Source: a virus
IMG/VR virus record: IMGVR_UViG_3300035564_000075
Span: 20,631-84,630 of that record
Direction: 5' to 3' (one strand)
DNA length: 64,000 nt
The translations under genes were made by a program, and so were the position numbers. The notes beneath the pieces are model-generated. The model saw only the letters and a program-made list of their open reading frames with translations. It did no database searches and was not told where the DNA came from. Positions 58,756 to 64,000 of this stretch are shown in pieces. The first letter of the stretch is position 1. Every line of letters starts with the position of its first letter.

Positions 58756-58800
58756 AGCGTAGAGGGGAAGTGCAGTGATTTTGCACAACCCCTCCACGCT
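58756..58800 (-). terminator. Long imperfect hairpin (terminator or RNase III site)
   Basis: AGCGT-A-GAGGGG-AA-GTGCA pairs with TGCAC-AA-CCCCTC-C-ACGCT; TTTT follows on the - strand. Confidence 0.6.
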
Positions 58801-58875
58801 CTAAGGCTAAGAATATCATGGAGAACCTGTAGCCACTGGCAAGTGGACAGGTCCCCCATGACGCTCAACTACATT

Positions 58876-59994
58876 CTAGTGAATATCAACCGACATACGG
58901 CGGCGGTTCAGATATTCCACCAGATCAGTGAGGTTGCCCTCAGCAATGAACAGATCAGGGCCAGCGAACGGGATCTGCCCAATCCAGCGGGTCAGGTGCT
59001 TGCCGATATTGGCAGCGAGATCGATCATGCCACCATCGTGGTTCAGCACCAGAGTGCCCTCGGCCTTGGCAGGAGCAACTTCAGCGGCTGTGCGCACACC
59101 ATTGGTGGCTGTAACGACAGTCTTGGCAGGTGCCTGACCTTGCTCATTCAGGGAGGCGCGGAAGCGCGCTTCCTGTTTGTAGACCTGGGCGCTGATAGTG
59201 TGGGAGCGTGCGTCAGCATATGCTTCCTTGACGGTCTTCAGGAACTGACCGATGTACCATGCAGCCACAAAGCCGAACTGATAGCTCCACTTGAACAGGA
59301 TGGGAGTACCATTGGCTTCACTGTCCAGTAGATCACGGACAGCAGCAGACCGCATGATCTGGCGACGCATATGTGTTACTTCATCGCCCTCAGTCTTCTC
59401 AGCAGGCAGATTGACCAGACGTTTGGAGATCTTCAGTTGCCCACCCACAAATCCCATGCGGAACCAGCAGGTCTTGGCTGAGGCGATTTCCAGTTCATTG
59501 GTAGCGCCTTCGATGGCAGCAGCCTTGGCATTCTCAAAGCCCACGATATTGCCAGCAAACTTGCCAGTATAGAGCGCATTGACAGTACCGATGTTCTCGG
59601 TATCACCAACACGTGAGGCGAGTTCGTCAAAGGAGGTCTTGAGTTGGAACAGACCATCCTGGTCAGACACGGCCAGGAAGTCAGCCTTGGTGCGCCAATC
59701 GCACAGGATGTTCAGAGCAGCCTTGATCTTCCCAGGTTCGCTGATGATGCGTGCTTTCTTGCCTTCTGCAAGATTCACACCCATCTGGTTGGACCAGAGA
59801 GTGAGATTGCGAACATGCAGAATTGGATCAGCAACGACCAACTTGAACCCTGCGGGGATCAATTCGCTGGCATGCACACGCAGTGTTTCTTCAGCAGGCG
59901 CTTCGGTCTCGGGAACGAGAGGGGTAGCGGGAGCAGAAACAGGGGCGGCTTCGATAGTTACAACGTCAACGGACACGAGCTTATTATCGGACAT
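58876..59994 (-). CDS. Hypothetical early protein
   Basis: About 372 aa from MSDNKL (GAAAGGA RBS); GC-richer codons than the rest of the window. Confidence 0.7.
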   Translation of the reverse strand: MSDNKLVSVDVVTIEAAPVSAPATPLVPETEAPAEETLRVHASELIPAGFKLVVADPILHVRNLTLWSNQMGVNLAEGKKARIISEPGKIKAALNILCDWRTKADFLAVSDQDGLFQLKTSFDELASRVGDTENIGTVNALYTGKFAGNIVGFENAKAAAIEGATNELEIASAKTCWFRMGFVGGQLKISKRLVNLPAEKTEGDEVTHMRRQIMRSAAVRDLLDSEANGTPILFKWSYQFGFVAAWYIGQFLKTVKEAYADARSHTISAQVYKQEARFRASLNEQGQAPAKTVVTATNGVRTAAEVAPAKAEGTLVLNHDGGMIDLAANIGKHLTRWIGQIPFAGPDLFIAEGNLTDLVEYLNRRRMSVDIH

Positions 59995-60071
59995 AGGTTG
60001 GGTTCCTTTCTGGGAACTGATTGAGGGTTGGTTATGATCGTTCAGGTCAGCAACTAATCCTGCGACTTTGG

Positions 60072-60569
60072 TCACGCAACACCATCCATGGACAATCCAA
60101 TCTGCCCCGCGAGTGCAGCAGCATCGCTTTGGGCCTTCTTCAATTCCGCAGTCAGATCATCACCCTTCTTGATCATGGCTTTGGCTTCAGCTATGAGTTC
60201 CTTGTTCTGCAGGATTGCTTCAGCCTTGTAATACAACTCAACGGCCTTGGCAACCTGAGCACCATAGCTGGACAACGCATGGAAATTGGCACTGCCACCA
60301 GACAGCTTGGCAAGTTCCGGACCCAATTCAAGAGACACCTTGCGTGCATTGCGATACAGCACCACTTTGGGATCTTTCATAACGATGCTGCGTTCGCGTG
60401 CAAGTTCACGCTCAAGGTTCTTGAGTTCGAACACCTTCTCGGTGCTCTTGAGTGCTACCATATCAACCTTGCCTGCGAGGATGTCCTCATCGATCAGGGC
60501 ATCACCTTGTTTGACATGGCTGGTATCGTGCTGGGCCCAAGTGCGTTTCTTGCCGGATTTCTTAGTCAT
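60072..60569 (-). CDS. Hypothetical helical early protein
   Basis: 165 aa, GAAAGGA RBS. Confidence 0.7.
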   Translation of the reverse strand: MTKKSGKKRTWAQHDTSHVKQGDALIDEDILAGKVDMVALKSTEKVFELKNLERELARERSIVMKDPKVVLYRNARKVSLELGPELAKLSGGSANFHALSSYGAQVAKAVELYYKAEAILQNKELIAEAKAMIKKGDDLTAELKKAQSDAAALAGQIGLSMDGVA

Positions 60570-60685
60570 AGCATATTCCTTTCATAGCGTACAGAACAGC
60601 AGAACAGTTACCGTGGCGTACCACACTTACATACGGCAATTCCCCATAGTTATTCAGTTGTTTGCCCCCATTGCTTATTTCCCCC

Positions 60686-60979
60686 TTATTGGTGAACAAG
60701 GAAGGCCGCACGAGAAGTCATCTGGATCTCATGCGTTGGGCCACGTAGCGCCCACAGTAACCGCAACAGCACAAACACGCGGTTTGGATATGATCCGCCA
60801 TATTCAGAAACGATCGCCGTAGCAATGCGATCACGAGTCTCCAAGGAATAGCCGCGACGAACCATAGCGTTGATCACGGCAAGAGACAGATGGACATTGA
60901 ATGTTTCCTTGAGAACCCACAATTGGAAACGGATCTTGTACATCATGCGCTTCATCTCACTCATCAGATTCATTGCCAT
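60686..60979 (-). CDS. Hypothetical protein
   Basis: 97 aa, GAAAGGA RBS. Confidence 0.5.
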   Translation of the reverse strand: MAMNLMSEMKRMMYKIRFQLWVLKETFNVHLSLAVINAMVRRGYSLETRDRIATAIVSEYGGSYPNRVFVLLRLLWALRGPTHEIQMTSRAAFLVHQ

Positions 60980-61275
60980 TTCCTTTCTTCACAAACGATG
61001 AGACCACGGCATCCAGTCCAGCTTCATGGAGACGCTGGCGGTATTGTGGGTCAATCCGATGTGCACGCTGCTTGATCTCATGCTGTCGCTTCGTGCGCTT
61101 CTCGGCTTGTAGGAGGCTGGAATCTACCTCCACGTCTTCGTTCAGCAACCACTTCATACCACGCATTTCGTACTCCTTTCTTCTATGCATGTGAACTCAT
61201 GCATATGCCTGCTCATCAGGCTACCCCCAACCTGATGAGCAAGCGCTATGCAATTGTTCTTCCTAATAGGAAGAG

Positions 61276-61500
61276 TTACCAGGAACCGTATTCGTCAGAA
61301 GCCTGCATCCGACGCTCAGTAGCGGTCATCTGCTGCTTCCGAGAACCAACCTGCCGTTGATTCGGACCCTCGGGCAGTTGGTTGGGCTCGCCATCCATGA
61401 AGGACATCACTGCACCAGTGAAGTCAACGAAGATGGATTTCTTGCCTGCATTGATGGTGTTCTTGGAACCGTTCTTGGGGGTATTCTTATGACCAAACAT
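61276..61500 (-). CDS. Hypothetical protein
   Basis: Start moved to MFGHKN after GAAAGGAG. Confidence 0.55.
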   Translation of the reverse strand: MFGHKNTPKNGSKNTINAGKKSIFVDFTGAVMSFMDGEPNQLPEGPNQRQVGSRKQQMTATERRMQASDEYGSW

Positions 61501-62404
61501 GATATGCTCCTTTCTAAGAGCAACTAACTGAATGATGCGCAGGATTGCGCCTATATATAAGAGCCTAAATGCAAAAGGCCCTTTGCGCCAGTCTTTTACT
61601 TGGCGTGTAAACCCTGGAAGGTTTTTTTCACAATCCAGAACATATGCCAATATGCTCTGAATATCTTGCCCCTTAGTCTGGATGCCCATTGCCAGGGGTT
61701 AGGCATTAGATCATCCCATGTGTACAGATATGTATCTGCATGGCCCACATGAGATATAGATACAGTTGCATATGGTGTATCCATATAGCCACCACTATAG
61801 CCTGATACAATATGCAAATGCCCAATTGTAAGATCATAGTCATAGCTATCGCCTTGATTTCTTTCAGTATAGGTGCCAAAGCGAGAGATAACTTTAATTA
61901 TAGGGCGGATCAGGCCACAGAGCCAATCTATGATACGGTTATGCAGAATAATAAACTTGATGTTCATAGCAATCACCGTACATAGTAATCGAATGTGTGC
62001 TGCCACACCACAATACGCCTGTGCAAGATCCAGGTGATGATAGCCATGTGCGTGTGCCAGCCATCCTTCCCAAAGCAGCGTGATGCATGCAGAGCACCAC
62101 GGTTGTATGCATGCACAATGCCATCGCCATTGTCACGCATAGGGAAGACGTACTTGCGGAAGATCAAGATCATCAGGTACAACATGTTACACATCCTATT
62201 CTCCTGCGTGCAGGAATTAGCTGCATCTGAGCAGGCGTTAGCATGCATGACTATTGCCCCCATGCATGCATGCTATGCCAAATCAGATACTACCTAACTG
62301 CCATAGTGATTAGGCTAGGCAAGGCCATACATGCAAGCATGCCTACTGCTATCACTACTGCGAATACGATCCAACCTACAGGAGAGCACAGTCTCTTATT
62401 CATG

Positions 62405-62632
62405 TTATTTGCAATAGGATAACCACTCAGCAACGAAGTTATCCCATGCCTGTCCAATGCTCTCAGTCTGTACATTGTGCGCTACATCCTGCGCACCATT
62501 GGAGATCTGCGTAGCTGCATTTGCAATATCCCCAGTACCAATGCCCTGGTGTGGTGATGAGAAGTTACCCACCGCTATGACCACTGCGATGATCACCAAA
62601 ACCATAAAGCCAAAGAACAACTTCTTACCCAT
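62405..62632 (-). CDS. Small membrane-anchored protein, first gene of the - strand arm
   Basis: N-terminal TM helix, AAGGAGG RBS, TATAAT upstream. Confidence 0.6.
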   Translation of the reverse strand: MGKKLFFGFMVLVIIAVVIAVGNFSSPHQGIGTGDIANAATQISNGAQDVAHNVQTESIGQAWDNFVAEWLSYCK

Positions 62633-62951
62633 TTTTGCCTCCTTCAGGCACAGAAAATTATACTGATCATCGGGACCAGCACCGTCAGAAATGCCCCCCT
62701 ATGTTCATTTTTTCTCTTTCACTCCCCCCACTAATAGTTGGAAACGCCCGTAGGGGAAAATTGGGGGGGTATTCATATAGTGGAAAAAGGAGGGGGTTCT
62801 GTCTCTATGGGTAAGGGTTGCTCTCTACGTTTCTACACTTCTACACTTGGTAGATCGTCACTTATTATCGTTTAGTGCCGAATTACGAAATAGCTTTCAC
62901 TCTTATTCACACTTTCAGCATTTGTTGAAAGTAGCAGTATTGGTGAAAGTG

Positions 62952-62960
62952 TGGTAAAAT
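62952..62960 (+). promoter_or_regulatory. Extended -10 promoter (TGgTAAAAT)
   Basis: Upstream of GAGGAG and ATG 62985; overlaps an inverted repeat arm. Confidence 0.5.
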
Positions 62961-62984
62961 AGGGGCAAATAGAGGAGATGCGAT

Positions 62985-63221
62985 ATGGCTGATATAGTAG
63001 TAACTAATTCTCTTGAACTGAACATGGATGATGTGGAGTCTATTACCACTGTCAAGGCATCTGAAGCCATTATGAGGAATGGTCTTGAGTTTGGAACGAT
63101 AACTCACGAGTACAAGAAAATTGACATGCACTCGGGAAGAGTTATTATGGTCACAGACAAGAAGGATATTGAGGAGTTGAACTCTGCTCTATTGAGTAGG
63201 TTCTATTCTGGAATAAGATAG
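62985..63221 (+). CDS. Hypothetical protein
   Basis: 78 aa, GAGGAG RBS. Confidence 0.6.
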   Translation: MADIVVTNSLELNMDDVESITTVKASEAIMRNGLEFGTITHEYKKIDMHSGRVIMVTDKKDIEELNSALLSRFYSGIR

Positions 63222-63225
63222 GAGA

Positions 63226-63423
63226 TTGGGTATGGCAGAAGTATACAATAAACCACCACTTGGAATTGTGCCTGAGTTTGTTTGGAGAAAGAGTAGGGCA
63301 CGTGATCTTCTTGGTGCCATTGATAGATATGTCTATGACAATAAATATATCGACTTGCTAAGATCCTGGGAAAAGGAACTTTCCGAACATCTTGAATGGT
63401 TGATTACACATGATCGAGTATAG
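63226..63423 (+). CDS. Small phage protein (KPPLGI.P..W motif)
   Basis: KPPLGIVPEFVW..R..DLLGAIDRY..W..EL. Confidence 0.6.
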   Translation: MGMAEVYNKPPLGIVPEFVWRKSRARDLLGAIDRYVYDNKYIDLLRSWEKELSEHLEWLITHDRV

Positions 63424-63799
63424 AGAACAAAAATCCTGGAGAGGATTAGTCTCCAGGATCAAGGTCAAGCATGGTAAGATTTATGTAGATGCATACCTGT
63501 GGGCTTCACAGGATGCGCTGCAAGAGAACGTGTTGACAGACAACGAGTATCTGGTAGCATGCTATCTGCCAATTCCTATTAGGAATTGTGACGAAGGTAC
63601 TTTTGGTGAATTCAATTTTTGTCTTGATGAATTGGGATTCAAAACTGTTGCGCATGAACTTACTCATTTTATCATAGACCTAAAGAGAATGCAATGCTTC
63701 GAGGATGAGGATACTGCAGAATTCGTAGGAGAATTGGCAGAGAGATTGACTCAGGAATTTCTTTCCAAGACCTTGACAGATCCAGAAGAATATGTATAA
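63410..63799 (+). CDS. Small zincin-like metallopeptidase (HExxH)
   Basis: TVAHELTH followed by DEDTAE. Confidence 0.6.
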   Translation: MIEYREQKSWRGLVSRIKVKHGKIYVDAYLWASQDALQENVLTDNEYLVACYLPIPIRNCDEGTFGEFNFCLDELGFKTVAHELTHFIIDLKRMQCFEDEDTAEFVGELAERLTQEFLSKTLTDPEEYV

Positions 63800-63800
63800 T
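63773..63800 (+). promoter_or_regulatory. Consensus sigma70 promoter TTGACA-16-TATAAT driving the tRNA
   Basis: ttgaca at 63773-63778 and tataat at 63795-63800. Confidence 0.75.
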
Positions 63801-63812
63801 AGGGTTACACAT

Positions 63813-63889
63813 GGAGTTTGTAGCTCAGTGGCCTAGAGCGCCTGTCTGTGGAACAGGGATCGTGAGTCCGAATCTCCCCAATCTCCCCA
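63813..63889 (+). tRNA. tRNA-His (GTG), with structural deviations
   Basis: Cloverleaf with G-1:C73, acceptor GAGTTTG/CAATCTC, anticodon arm CCTGT-CTGTGGA-ACAGG, T arm GTGAG-TCCGAAT-CTCCC, encoded CCA. Confidence 0.85.
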
Positions 63890-64000
63890 TGAAAAATCGT
63901 GATATAATTGTAGTGGTTATGAGCCTGCTCTACTTGCACTTTAACAACTGAAATGCCAACTAGCCTTTGAAGCACATTTGGATGTGCGCCCGTTCCGTAA

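Larger units (their letters stand above)
801..63585. repeat. Dispersed 13-bp palindrome (T/C)TCCTA-N-TAGGA(A/G/T), at least 17 copies
   Basis: Copies start at 801, 9633, 13708, 18849, 19469, 21359, 30640, 33537, 34376, 42621, 43892, 47733, 54487, 57338, 58566, 61260 and 63573. Near-matches at 19161 and 58284. Confidence 0.95.

Noticed and set aside
58876-60569. A second, non-virion RNA polymerase among the early genes
   Set aside because: No DxDxD catalytic motif or adequate length in these or any other ORF in the window.
61210-61241. CTGATGAG on both strands suggesting a hammerhead ribozyme
   Set aside because: No stem II closed by GAAA at a suitable distance; the two copies are simply the arms of one inverted repeat.
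61680-62350. Local abundance of ATGCAT/GCATGC
   Set aside because: No regular spacing or longer consensus, and TGCA is common throughout the window.
801-63585. Palindromic repeat as a CRISPR array or REP/MITE element
   Set aside because: Copies are only 11-19 bp, kilobases apart, often inside ORFs, with no spacer periodicity or target-site duplications.
63915-64000. Possible tmRNA or second tRNA
   Set aside because: No acceptor stem, T-arm or convincing tag reading frame is visible before the window ends.
1-64000. Alternative genetic code or diversity-generating retroelement
   Set aside because: Genes read intact in the standard code with all three stop codons used, and no reverse transcriptase or TR/VR pair was seen.

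Overview
The window is about 64 kb of a tailed dsDNA bacteriophage genome (siphovirus-like tail module). The host is probably a Chloroflexota/Anaerolineae bacterium, judged only from the SSB sequence. The + strand from 1 to 20.9 kb carries the distal tail and lysis module. It opens with a giant ORF (>2772 aa, open past the left edge) whose C-terminal half looks like a tail tape-measure protein and whose N-terminal half carries double-psi beta-barrel RNA polymerase motifs (GxR..., RIP, DFDAD), suggesting a tape-measure-fused virion RNA polymerase. Dit/hub/central-fibre genes, a GH25-like endolysin, a GT4 glycosyltransferase and a holin-like gene follow. The - strand from 21 to 62.6 kb carries nucleotide metabolism, replication and recombination genes (exonuclease, UDG-like, radical SAM, annealing protein, EndoVII, DnaB-like, DnaC-like, primase, NT5C, RecU-like, ParB-like, nucleotidyltransferase, SSB) and many small accessory ORFs, several in paralogous families. 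A divergent non-coding region at about 62.65-62.98 kb may be the genome end, and a degenerate tRNA-His lies at 63.8 kb. A 13-bp palindrome, (T/C)TCCTA-N-TAGGA(A/G/T), occurs at least 17 times across the window. No integrase, DNA polymerase, capsid, large terminase or CRISPR array was seen. All calls come from reading motifs by eye; no database searches were run.
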